Source: Candidatus Marinacidobacterales bacterium
Lineage (GTDB): Bacteria > Acidobacteriota > Vicinamibacteria > Marinacidobacterales > DATDRI01
Assembly: GCA_965226495.1 (NCBI GenBank)
Contig: OZ245365.1
Span: 4,288,001-4,352,000 of the forward strand
Direction: 5' to 3'
Length of the DNA stretch: 64,000 nt
Shown: in pieces, positions 39,699-48,606 of the stretch
Position numbering within the stretch: the first letter of the stretch is position 1
Layout: every line of letters begins with the position of its first letter
Notes under the pieces: model-generated
Seen by the model: only the letters and a program-made list of their open reading frames with translations
The model's database searches: none
What the model was told of the DNA's origin: nothing
Program-made: the position numbers and the translations under genes

Positions 39699-41036
39699 CT
39701 ATGGGGTCGTGGCAGACGGAGACATCGAGCTCTTCCTGCGGTCGCGGAGGATCTTTCCATCCTTGATGACCAAGATGGGTCGAGTCACCACGGTAATGTC
39801 ATCGAGCGGATTGCCGGGCACCACGATCACGTCCGCCAGCTTTCCAACTTCGAGCGTTCCGACCGAGTCGGCCATCCCGGCCGTCATGGCGCCGACATGG
39901 GTCGCGGCCTGAAGCACTTCTATTGCAGAGTAGCCCCACGCCATGAATTGCGTCAGCTCATCGTTGTAGAAGCCTGCGATCTTGTCTTGGTACTGACCCT
40001 CGACGTCGGTTGCGATGGCCATCGGAATTCCAGCCTGGTGCATCTTGCGAAATCGATCTTCGAAGTGCTTACCCGAAAGCTGGAAGCGGTTGTCATCCTC
40101 GGAGGGCTTGTCCCAGCTCTCGCGGGCACCGCGTCGCGATGTGCTGACGGTTGGGACGATCAAAGTTCCCTGCCTCTTCATCATCTCGATGACCTGGGCT
40201 TCGTTCTTCATCGGATAGAGATGCTCAATGATATCGGCGCCTGCCGCGACGGCCCATTCCACCATCATCATGTCCCAGTCCGCGTACCATCCAGAGGCCA
40301 CCGGCTTGCCGCCCTTCCTACCACCCGCGTGAACGGAAATGAGCGCACCCAGGCTATGGGTCGTCTCCACGGCTACTTGCACTTCTTCGGCCGTGAACGG
40401 AGGAGTCACTTTCGTGAAATCGGCCCCGAGCGCAAAATTCTTACGGATGTTCCTCCGCCATTCACCGGGCGAGTCCGACGGGACCATGACTTTCTCGGGG
40501 AGCATCAACTCGAACTCTCCGCCGTGCGCGCCGGTTGACGCCATGACTTGATTCGCCACGACGAGGCGGGGGGCCTCCAGATAACCTTTCTGAATCGCCA
40601 GCTTGAGGCCGATGGCCACGTTGTTACGCCCACCCAGATCGCGAACGAGAGTGATTCCGTTGTCGAGTGCTTGCTGCAAAAGGGCAGCGCCCCGAAGCGC
40701 ACACAACGAATCGTCCTCGAAGTCTCGAGGATGAGGAAGGAAGAACGCGGGATGGGTGTGTGCATCGACCAGACCTGGAAGAACGGTAGTGCCTGGGACT
40801 TCGATAACCTGGGCGCCATCCGGGACCCTTATCTGATTCTTAGGACCGACCTGGGTGATACGGTTGCCTTCGATGACAACCGCATAGCCCGGTTTCGATG
40901 GCGCTCCGGTCGAATCGATCAGCCTCTCTCCGATAACGACGAGCGGCGGACGCGATTCCTCCTGCGCCGGCATAGCCGCGGCACTGACGAGAGCTATGAA
41001 GACCACTAATAAACCTGGCACTCTTGCTGACTGCAT
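39699..41036 (-). CDS. Secreted amidohydrolase-family protein
   Basis: PGLVDAHTH, SVHA, IEH, ATD, GTLEVGKLADVIVVPGNPL; signal peptide; RBS GGAGGA. Confidence 0.9.
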   Translation of the reverse strand: MQSARVPGLLVVFIALVSAAAMPAQEESRPPLVVIGERLIDSTGAPSKPGYAVVIEGNRITQVGPKNQIRVPDGAQVIEVPGTTVLPGLVDAHTHPAFFLPHPRDFEDDSLCALRGAALLQQALDNGITLVRDLGGRNNVAIGLKLAIQKGYLEAPRLVVANQVMASTGAHGGEFELMLPEKVMVPSDSPGEWRRNIRKNFALGADFTKVTPPFTAEEVQVAVETTHSLGALISVHAGGRKGGKPVASGWYADWDMMMVEWAVAAGADIIEHLYPMKNEAQVIEMMKRQGTLIVPTVSTSRRGARESWDKPSEDDNRFQLSGKHFEDRFRKMHQAGIPMAIATDVEGQYQDKIAGFYNDELTQFMAWGYSAIEVLQAATHVGAMTAGMADSVGTLEVGKLADVIVVPGNPLDDITVVTRPILVIKDGKILRDRRKSSMSPSATTP

Positions 41037-41208
41037 TTGGACGTCCTCCTTCGACGTGAGGTTCATATCCCGATGGACCCTCGAGCGGGAGTCTACGTTA
41101 CGAGGGAGATTTCTACAATGAATGGACCCAGCAGTGAGTGCCGATCTCGATGCGGTGAGCAACGGGATCGGCGCTAGTCCTCTAACTCACAACCTCTTGA
41201 CCCAGGGG

Positions 41209-42993
41209 TCAGCCGGACTCTTCCGGCCCCCTTTTCTGCAGCGATAGGCCGAGCTCGCGGAGCTGTTCATCGGTCACCCCGGATGGCGAGCCGGTCATCA
41301 AATCGAAGGCCGAGGTGGTCTTTGGAAAAGCGATGACATCCCGAAGGCTCGTGCCGCCGGTTGCCACCATCGCCAGCCGGTCGAAGCCAACCGCAATGCC
41401 CCCGTGAGGTGGAGCACCGTACTGGAGCGCATCGAGGAAGAAACCGAACTTCATCTGTGCCTCTTCCTCTCCGATTCTCAGCGCTCGAAAAATGCGCGAT
41501 TGGATATCGGCGCGATGGATACGGATGCTGCCGCTTCCCAGCTCATAGCCACAGCCGACGATGTCATAGGCGAGGGAACGAACCGATCCCGGATCCGACT
41601 CTAGCCTGTCTAGATCATCCGGATGTGGCGAAGTAAAGGGGTGATGACTCGAGCCCCATTCCTTTCGCGTCTGGTCCCACTCGAAGAGAGGAAACTCGGT
41701 GACCCAGCACAAACCCCACGTGGACGTCTTTGTGAGATCCTCCCGCTTACCGACTTCGAGCCTCAGGGCTCCCAAAACGACGGAGGCGGCCCTCGGCTCG
41801 CCTGCAATCAGAAGCAGAAGATCGCCCGGTCCACCCTTCGCTTGCGTGAACGCTTCCTTCAAACGCTCCTCGCCGACATGCTTCGCCAAGGGGGAGCTCA
41901 GCTCGGAGTCGGTCCACCGTGCCCAACCCATCCCGGCCGCGCCCTGCGCCTTGGCGATCTTCTCCAAGCCGTCGATATCCTTTCGAGAGTAGCCGGCACA
42001 TCCGGGAGCGGCGAGCGCTCTCACCGCGCCACCGCCGGACAAAACGCCTTCGAACACTTTGTATCCGGAGCCCGAAAAAACCGTAGAGACATCGGAGATC
42101 TCGACGCCGAAACGCAGATCGGGTTTATCGCTCCCGTAGCGGTCCATCGCCTCTGCCCACGTCAACCTCGGAAACGGGGCGCTCGCTGCGATCCCAACCT
42201 CACGAAGTATGGAAACCAACATACCTTCGACAACCTCGAAGACATCGTCCTGTTCGACGAATGACATCTCGATGTCGATCTGTGTGAACTCCGGCTGACG
42301 ATCGGCGCGAAGATCCTCATCCCGAAAGCAGCGCGCGATCTGAAAGTAACGATCGAAGCCGGCCACCATCAGGATCTGCTTGAAGAGCTGCGGAGATTGA
42401 GGTAACGCGTAGAAAGAACCCTTTTGAGTGCGGCTGGGCACTAGATAGTCCCTCGCCCCCTCCGGTGTGGACTTGGTCAGGAACGGGGTCTCTATCTCGA
42501 GGAAGCCCTCTTTTTCCAAGTGGCGTCGCGTCGCCAAGGCCAAGCGGCTGCGCGTCTGGATGTTCCGAAACAGGCTCGGGCGCCGCAAGTCCAGAAAACG
42601 ATACCTCAACCGAAGCTCTTCGCCGACGTTCACCTCATCGTTGGGAACAAAGGGCGGAGTCTTCGACTCGGAGAGAACACGGAGCTCACTGGCTGCCACT
42701 TCAATCTCGCCGGTGGCCAAGCGCGGGTTGACGGACTCTTTGCCTCTCAATACGACGGTGCCGCGTGCCGCGATAACCCATTCCGAGCCCACTCGCTTCG
42801 CCAACTCGGACGCTTCTTGACTCGCTTCCGGTCGCACCAAGATTTGAGTAACTCCCTCGCGATCGCGGAGATCGATGAACGAGATCCCTCCTAGGTCACG
42901 GACACCATTCACCCATCCCATGAGCACGACTTCGCTCCCGGAATCCGAGGCGCTGAGCGCGCCGCAAGAGTGCGTACGCTTCCAACTAGTCAT
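41209..42993 (-). CDS. aspS: Aspartate-tRNA ligase
   Basis: RTHSCG, FIDLRDREG, TPEGARDYLVPSR, FRDEDLRADRQPEFTQID, GAPPHGG. Confidence 0.97.
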   Translation of the reverse strand: MTSWKRTHSCGALSASDSGSEVVLMGWVNGVRDLGGISFIDLRDREGVTQILVRPEASQEASELAKRVGSEWVIAARGTVVLRGKESVNPRLATGEIEVAASELRVLSESKTPPFVPNDEVNVGEELRLRYRFLDLRRPSLFRNIQTRSRLALATRRHLEKEGFLEIETPFLTKSTPEGARDYLVPSRTQKGSFYALPQSPQLFKQILMVAGFDRYFQIARCFRDEDLRADRQPEFTQIDIEMSFVEQDDVFEVVEGMLVSILREVGIAASAPFPRLTWAEAMDRYGSDKPDLRFGVEISDVSTVFSGSGYKVFEGVLSGGGAVRALAAPGCAGYSRKDIDGLEKIAKAQGAAGMGWARWTDSELSSPLAKHVGEERLKEAFTQAKGGPGDLLLLIAGEPRAASVVLGALRLEVGKREDLTKTSTWGLCWVTEFPLFEWDQTRKEWGSSHHPFTSPHPDDLDRLESDPGSVRSLAYDIVGCGYELGSGSIRIHRADIQSRIFRALRIGEEEAQMKFGFFLDALQYGAPPHGGIAVGFDRLAMVATGGTSLRDVIAFPKTTSAFDLMTGSPSGVTDEQLRELGLSLQKRGPEESG

Positions 42994-43517
42994 TTCGAAG
43001 TCGAGGGAGAAGTCGAGAGGTATTTGTTCTTGAGCTCGACGTAGTGCTTCGCCGAGTACACCAGGTGCTCGAGCTCGGCTTCGGTCAAAGACCTCGTCAC
43101 GCGTGCGGGAACTCCGCGAGCCAGACTGCGGGGAGGGATCTCTGTTCCCGGCCCCACGACGGCTCCCGCAGCCACGAGAGACTCCGGACCTACCTTGGCG
43201 CCGTCCAGAACGATCGCTCCCATGCCGATGAGGGAACCCTTCATGATGTGACAACCGTGCAAGATCGCACGATGCCCAACTGTGACATCGTCTTCTACGA
43301 CGGTGGCGTGAGTTCCCTCGTTGACGTGAATCACGGTCAGATCTTGAATGTTCGTTCGTGCGCCTATGCGAATGTAATGAACGTCACCACGTATCACCGC
43401 TCCGAACCATACACTCACATCCTCACCGAGCTCAACGTCTCCAATCACTTGAGCGTTCGGCGCAACAAAGACACGCTCACCGCGCCGGGGGTGCTTATCC
43501 CCGAAGGGCGTAATCAA
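42990..43517 (-). CDS. Gamma carbonic anhydrase-family protein
   Basis: Hexapeptide repeats, RGDV, NIQD, VGH, LHGC. Confidence 0.92.
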   Translation of the reverse strand: MITPFGDKHPRRGERVFVAPNAQVIGDVELGEDVSVWFGAVIRGDVHYIRIGARTNIQDLTVIHVNEGTHATVVEDDVTVGHRAILHGCHIMKGSLIGMGAIVLDGAKVGPESLVAAGAVVGPGTEIPPRSLARGVPARVTRSLTEAELEHLVYSAKHYVELKNKYLSTSPSTSK

Positions 43518-43520
43518 TAT

Positions 43521-44381
43521 TTATCCTCCTTCTACGGAACGAAGCCAGAGGAGACCTCGTGGAAAATCGTAAGTAACGGATAGGTAGCGGAGTACCGGAG
43601 TCCCAAGTACTCCCACCGGCAGCCCGAGGTAGGGCATCTTGTCCATATCGCCGAGCTCGAAGGTCACCTTTTCGGTCGTAAACCCCCCAACCGTCAATTT
43701 TCCGATCTCCACTCCGACCGCCTTCTTCTCGGCCAGGCCCTGCTTGCGGGCCCATTTGGAGTCGAGAAAGTTGATGGGCGCGGTGGCGTCGACGACGAAG
43801 TAGGCCGAGATCGAGCCATTAATAATGACCTCTACATTAATAGTATTGAGCTCTTGTTCGAAGAAAACGCCGCCCGCCGGCACATCCGGGCTTTCTGGAG
43901 AAGGCTCCAGAAGTAAGAGCTCGCGAGGGTAGTGGATCGTGAGTCGGAACGGGTTGAGGAACGCCCTGCCGATCCTACCGTAGGTGGGATATCCGTCGGC
44001 TCGCGTGATGTTGTCCCCTTCCATCAGGAGGGCCCGAATACCCTTGATGCCGACGTTGCCGATTTCGAGAGTGTCCAAATACACCACCGGGAGCTTTTCT
44101 TTCTCGCCTAGATACTCGATCTCTTGGGTCTCGTTTCGGCTCGCGAGCTGCATGCCGCTGCCTTCGATGAGAAAACCATCGAGCAGAACGTCGGGAACCG
44201 ACGGATCGAGGAGAAGTGGGAACCTTTCACTGCCGTTGACCTGCACTGGAACGATCGGCACTGCCAAGTTCGGAATCATCTCGAAACGGATCCAAGTAGG
44301 AGCTTCGGTTTGTGCTCCTGACACCGCCATCGCCGCGAAGACGGCGCAAGCGATGGTGCAGGAAATCTTCTTCTTAATCAC
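43521..44381 (-). CDS. Secreted tandem retropepsin-like (aspartyl protease fold) protein
   Basis: Signal peptide; VPVQVNG..PLLLDPS, GRIGRAFL; INGS..FVVDATA, GVLGTPVL. Confidence 0.7.
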   Translation of the reverse strand: MIKKKISCTIACAVFAAMAVSGAQTEAPTWIRFEMIPNLAVPIVPVQVNGSERFPLLLDPSVPDVLLDGFLIEGSGMQLASRNETQEIEYLGEKEKLPVVYLDTLEIGNVGIKGIRALLMEGDNITRADGYPTYGRIGRAFLNPFRLTIHYPRELLLLEPSPESPDVPAGGVFFEQELNTINVEVIINGSISAYFVVDATAPINFLDSKWARKQGLAEKKAVGVEIGKLTVGGFTTEKVTFELGDMDKMPYLGLPVGVLGTPVLRYLSVTYDFPRGLLWLRSVEGG

Positions 44382-45319
44382 CCGGACGAATCCTTCTTGG
44401 GGTTCGAAATGATCTCGACACCCGTCAGTAGCTCGTCGACTGTCCTTCCCCGCTGGCACTCGAACTGAAAGGTCGTGTGGTTGATGGTGAATTGCTCTTT
44501 CAAGAATTCCTCCGCTTGCTGGGCTAGTTTTTCGGTCTCGCTTACCCTCAGGTCGTCGACATCCAGGTGCGCCGAGAGCGCATACATCCCGGAGGTGATG
44601 CACCAAACGTGCAAGTGGTGCACGCCCCGGATACCCGGGATTCCCCGCAAACCGTCGATCACCTCCTGCATCTTAACGTCGCGCGGTGTCGCTTCGAGCA
44701 AGATTTCTACCGCATCCCAGACGAGACGGAGGGCCCAGAAAAGGATCACCGTGCAAATGACGACCGAGAGAAGAGGGTCGATGACCGTCCATCCGGTCAG
44801 CGAAATGACCACCGCGCCCGCGATGACCGCCACCGAAGAAAATGTATCGGTGAGCAGATGGAAGAACGCGCCTTTGATGTTGAGATCCTTGTGCTTGGCG
44901 CCGCCGAGTATGGCCGCTCCTATCAGGTTGACCACCAGGCCGAGAACCGCGATAAGAAGTAACGGACCGGTGGCGATCGGTACGGGGTTGAAGAAACGAT
45001 CGTACGCCTCGTAAAAGATGACGATCGAAATTACGAAAAGGGTGGCCCCGTTGAAGAGAGCAGCTAGTATTTCCAAGCGATTGAGGCCGTAGGTGCGCCG
45101 GTCGGTAGCCGGCCGCTCGGAAAACAACACCGCCAAGTAGGAGACCCCAAGAGCCAGCAAGTGGGTGAACATGTGGCCGGCATCCGAAAGAAGGGCCAGG
45201 GAGTTAGTGAGAAAACCTCCCACTGCTTCGACGACGAAGGCGGCGCCAGTCAAAACCATCGTCCACATCAGCCGGCGCCGGTTTTGGACGCGGTGGTGGG
45301 TGCTGAATCCGGGGCTCAT
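44378..45319 (-). CDS. Cation diffusion facilitator (CzcD/ZitB-like)
   Basis: SLALLSDAGHMFTH, TYGLNRLEILAALFN, HLHVWCIT, HTTFQFE. Confidence 0.93.
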   Translation of the reverse strand: MSPGFSTHHRVQNRRRLMWTMVLTGAAFVVEAVGGFLTNSLALLSDAGHMFTHLLALGVSYLAVLFSERPATDRRTYGLNRLEILAALFNGATLFVISIVIFYEAYDRFFNPVPIATGPLLLIAVLGLVVNLIGAAILGGAKHKDLNIKGAFFHLLTDTFSSVAVIAGAVVISLTGWTVIDPLLSVVICTVILFWALRLVWDAVEILLEATPRDVKMQEVIDGLRGIPGIRGVHHLHVWCITSGMYALSAHLDVDDLRVSETEKLAQQAEEFLKEQFTINHTTFQFECQRGRTVDELLTGVEIISNPKKDSSG

Positions 45320-45447
45320 GGGAATACTCTCGAGGAACGATAACAAACTTAGTTGTTGACCGGCCAGTGGTTTCTGGTCGGCGGGCCGCCGGGCGGAAGG
45401 AATTGGCTCAGCGAATTGCGGTGCCAAGGGAACCCGCCCGTGGTTTT

Positions 45448-45683
45448 CGGCTCGAGCACAGCCGTGAGCCGATGCGGAGTCGCGTAGTCGATGGAGCATC
45501 AGGCGTGGGGGTGGGGCCCCGCGCCATTAATCAAAGAGCGAGAGCCGCGTCTGGGGGTGGGGCCCCAGGCGACTGATTGATTTCCGCGAGCGCTAATAAC
45601 AGCCTTGAGCCCGAGCGTAGCGCGAGCGGAGCGAGTCGCGAAGCGAGTAGCGAGTGGGGGTGGGGTCCCCGCGAGCGCTGATA
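45448..45683. repeat. Cluster of GGGGGTGGGGYCCC palindromic REP-like elements
   Basis: Units at 45502-45525, 45548-45571 and 45601-45683. Confidence 0.75.
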
Positions 45684-45953
45684 CAGATGAGATTTAGTGG
45701 GAAACAGTCGATGCCGGCTCTTGAAACCAACCGAAGCTCTGAAGTGACTGGATTGCCCTTTGACCCAAGGGCAGTTCGGCATCGGGACGGTCCGCCTGTC
45801 CGGCCTGTCCGGCCTGTCCGCCTGTCCCGTTGATGCCGCCAAGGAAAGGGGTACCTCCCACAGCCATCGCTCCACCAGGAACTCCAAGTAAGCCGAGCGT
45901 GCGAGGACTTCTTCTACTTCTAGCCAGTCGCGCTTCGGTATCGCTTGAGCCAT
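45531..45953 (-). CDS. Orphan ORF downstream of a sigma54 promoter (possible short peptide or sRNA)
   Basis: RBS AGAGGTG before MAQAIPKRDWLEVEEVLARSAYLEFLVERWLWE; the 3' half runs through structured and REP sequence. Confidence 0.4.
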   Translation of the reverse strand: MAQAIPKRDWLEVEEVLARSAYLEFLVERWLWEVPLSLAASTGQADRPDRPDRRTVPMPNCPWVKGQSSHFRASVGFKSRHRLFPTKSHLYQRSRGPHPHSLLASRLAPLALRSGSRLLLALAEINQSPGAPPPDAALAL

Positions 45954-45994
45954 CGCTGCACCTCTTGTCACTTCGTCTTTCACCCATAGGCAAA

Positions 45995-46137
45995 GCAAGA
46001 CATATGCCAGAAGGTGAAAACGGCAGGAAGACAGACTGCAACTCATTGAAAGCAAACGGATTTTAATCCATCTGCAAACGTTAGGTGAGGACCTACGCGA
46101 CGAGCGGGATGTCCCCTTTTTTTTACAGCCAGGGACA
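45995..46137 (-). promoter_or_regulatory. sigma54 promoter, IHF site and palindromic UAS
   Basis: TGGCATATGTCTTGC (46009-45995); TTTCAATGAGTTG (46051-46039); TGTCCC...GGGACA (46110-46137). Confidence 0.75.
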
Positions 46138-46162
46138 AAAAGTTTGCGTATCTTTCAATAGC

Positions 46163-46323
46163 AGCCCTGAGCCCGAGCGCAGCGCGAACGCAGTGAGTCG
46201 CGGAGCGAGTAGCGAGCGGGGAGAGCCTTCAGCCGTCGCGCAGGTACCGGTTGCCGAAGCGACGAGCATGGGGGTGGGGCCCCGTGCAACTGAGAGATTG
46301 CGGTCCCCGCGAGCGCTAATAAA
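46163..46323. repeat. REP-like element with a second element nested in its loop
   Basis: Matches 45601-45683 but is interrupted at about 46222-46301 by another GGGGGTGGGGCCCC unit. Confidence 0.7.
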
Positions 46324-48478
46324 AGCCTTTGCCGGATTTCGCTCTCCGAACCAAGGAATCCGGAGGCTGAAAGCGACTCCCGAAACTTCCTTCTCGGGCG
46401 CGGAGTCTATCCACTAGGACGGAAAGACCTACCGAGTCCGCGTAACGAAGCAGTCCCCCGCGGAAGGGCGGGAACCCGATGCCCATGACCATGGCTAGAT
46501 CGAGCTCCTCCGGGCTTCTCACCACGTTCTCCTCGAGAGCGCGTGCCGCTTCGGTGATCATCGAGTCGACGGAACGTTCCACCGCCTCCTTCGAGTCGAT
46601 GGAACGACGTGTTTCGATCCCGAGCAGCTCGAGCACGTCGGGGGCCGGTCTGGGTTTCTTGTCCTCATAGATATAGAGTCCACTCCCGGTCTTCTTGCCG
46701 AGCCTTTTCGAGGCCGCGAGCTTGCCGATGACTCCTGCCGGCGCCGCCCGATCTCCGTATGCGGCAGCTAATACTTTGCTCGCCTTATCCGCCACGTCGA
46801 TTCCGACTTCGTCCAGCAGGCGAAGTGGCCCCATCGGCATACCGAACTCGACGAGCGCTCGATCGATCCCCTCGATGTCACCCGTCTCTAATAAAAGATG
46901 ACAGGCCTCGTTCAGGTAAGGTCCGAGCACTCGGTTCACCAAGAACCCGGGGCCGTCGGCGACCACGACCGGCGTCTTGCCTAACCGCTTAGCCAAAGCG
47001 ACGAACGCGGCAACCGTTTTATCGCTCGTCGCCTCGCCACGGATCACTTCGATCAACGGCATGCGATCGACAGGGTTGAAGAAGTGGAAACCGGCCATGC
47101 GCTCTGGCAGGCCCAACCCGCTCTGCAAGTCGGTTATAGGAAGCGTCGAGGTGTTGGACCCGATGAGGCAGGTATCGGAGATCTCGGGCTCGAGCTCTTC
47201 GAGCACCTTTTTCTTGATCTTCATGTCTTCGATGATCGCCTCGAGAACGACATCGGCCCGTGAGAAACCGCTCCAGTCCAACGTCGGGCTGATGAGACTC
47301 ATCTTCTTGTCGAGCCCCCAAGCGTTCATGCGCCCACGCTTCGCTCGCCGATCATAGATTCGACGGGCAGCGGCCAAACCAGCTCCCAGAGCCTCCGGAC
47401 GCACGTCCTTGAAACGGACCGGTATGTCCCGCGAGGAGAGAGCCCAGGCCATCCCTCCGCCCATGGTTCCCGCGCCGAGAAGTCCCGCCGCCCGCACTTC
47501 CCCGACTTTAGCGACAGACTCGACCGATTTCTCGACACCCGGGTCCTTTTTCGCCTTCTCGGTCAAGAAGAAGAGATGAACCAAATTCTTCGAGACCGGG
47601 CCGACCAGGAGCTCGCTCAGAGCCTCCGCCTCCAATTCGAACGCTCCTTCGAGCTTCATCGCTAAACCGCGGCGGATGACTTCCAATGCCTTGAATGGTG
47701 CCGGATAGTGTCCCTGACTTCGCGCGAGAACTTTCTTGCGAGCCTGCTGGAAGACGACGGCGCGTCCCAGTGGGTTTCCCTCCAGCAACCAACCGCCGAG
47801 TCCGCGCGCCCTTCGCGCCACCTTCTTTCGAAAACGTCCCTGTCGACGAAGCTTCCGAACCAGCTCCACGGCGTGCTTGTCGATCTCGGTATGCGGCACG
47901 GCTCGATCGATAAGACCGATTCTTGCGGCTTTTTTGGCATCGATGTTTCGACCGGTGAGAATGAGCTCCAACGCCTGCTGTAGCCCCACCAAGCGGGGAA
48001 GACGCGTCGACCCACCCCAGGCCGGGATGATCCCCAGGTTCACCTCGGGAAGCCCCATGCCGAAACGCGGGTGATCGGTCCCCAACCGCCCGTGACAAGC
48101 CAGCGCGAGCTCTGTGCCGCCACCCACGCAAACGCCGTCGATGGCGGCAACTGCTGGAAACGGAAGATCCTGGATTTTTTGGAAGATCTCGTGTCCTACG
48201 CGTGAGGCTTTGATGGCATCTTCTCGACGGGTGATCGCTTGGATCTCCTTGACATCGGCGCCCGCAATGAAGATGCCCTCCTTGGCAGAGCGAATGACGA
48301 CGCCTTCGAGGTCGCTACGCCGCGCGAGATCGCTCAAGGTCTCGGCCAGCGACGTCATCACGGAGGACGAGAGTTTATTGACCTTCTCTCCAGGCAGGTC
48401 CAGAGTTAGCCAGCCGATCCCGTCTTCGACCGTCAGTTCGAGGGCCCCGTTTGCGACCTTCGATGTAGCGGAGCTCAT
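46316..48478 (-). CDS. Fatty-acid oxidation multifunctional enzyme, alpha subunit (FadJ/FadB-like)
   Basis: FIAGADV, GGGTELAL, GLPEVNLG; GAGTMGGG, SNTSTL, HFFNPV, PGFLVNR. Confidence 0.95.
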   Translation of the reverse strand: MSSATSKVANGALELTVEDGIGWLTLDLPGEKVNKLSSSVMTSLAETLSDLARRSDLEGVVIRSAKEGIFIAGADVKEIQAITRREDAIKASRVGHEIFQKIQDLPFPAVAAIDGVCVGGGTELALACHGRLGTDHPRFGMGLPEVNLGIIPAWGGSTRLPRLVGLQQALELILTGRNIDAKKAARIGLIDRAVPHTEIDKHAVELVRKLRRQGRFRKKVARRARGLGGWLLEGNPLGRAVVFQQARKKVLARSQGHYPAPFKALEVIRRGLAMKLEGAFELEAEALSELLVGPVSKNLVHLFFLTEKAKKDPGVEKSVESVAKVGEVRAAGLLGAGTMGGGMAWALSSRDIPVRFKDVRPEALGAGLAAARRIYDRRAKRGRMNAWGLDKKMSLISPTLDWSGFSRADVVLEAIIEDMKIKKKVLEELEPEISDTCLIGSNTSTLPITDLQSGLGLPERMAGFHFFNPVDRMPLIEVIRGEATSDKTVAAFVALAKRLGKTPVVVADGPGFLVNRVLGPYLNEACHLLLETGDIEGIDRALVEFGMPMGPLRLLDEVGIDVADKASKVLAAAYGDRAAPAGVIGKLAASKRLGKKTGSGLYIYEDKKPRPAPDVLELLGIETRRSIDSKEAVERSVDSMITEAARALEENVVRSPEELDLAMVMGIGFPPFRGGLLRYADSVGLSVLVDRLRAREGSFGSRFQPPDSLVRRAKSGKGFY

Positions 48479-48606
48479 TCCCCTAGAACAACTTCCCGTT
48501 ATCCAATCGGAGAGTATAGCAGCCTACACACCTCCAGCGAGGTTCCCTTGCCCGAAAGCGCATGCGGGTGGATAATAGAAGACACGGTTTTTTATCTGTT
48601 GTGGCA

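Noticed and set aside
42994-43254. N-terminal extension of AspS
   Set aside because: Overlaps the gamma-CA gene; ATGA coupling at 42990-42993 gives the real start.
45500-45830. CRISPR array or NiCo (czcD) riboswitch upstream of the CDF gene
   Set aside because: Repeats are irregular palindromes without uniform spacers, no cas genes are present, and the structured segment does not show the NiCo four-way-junction consensus by eye.
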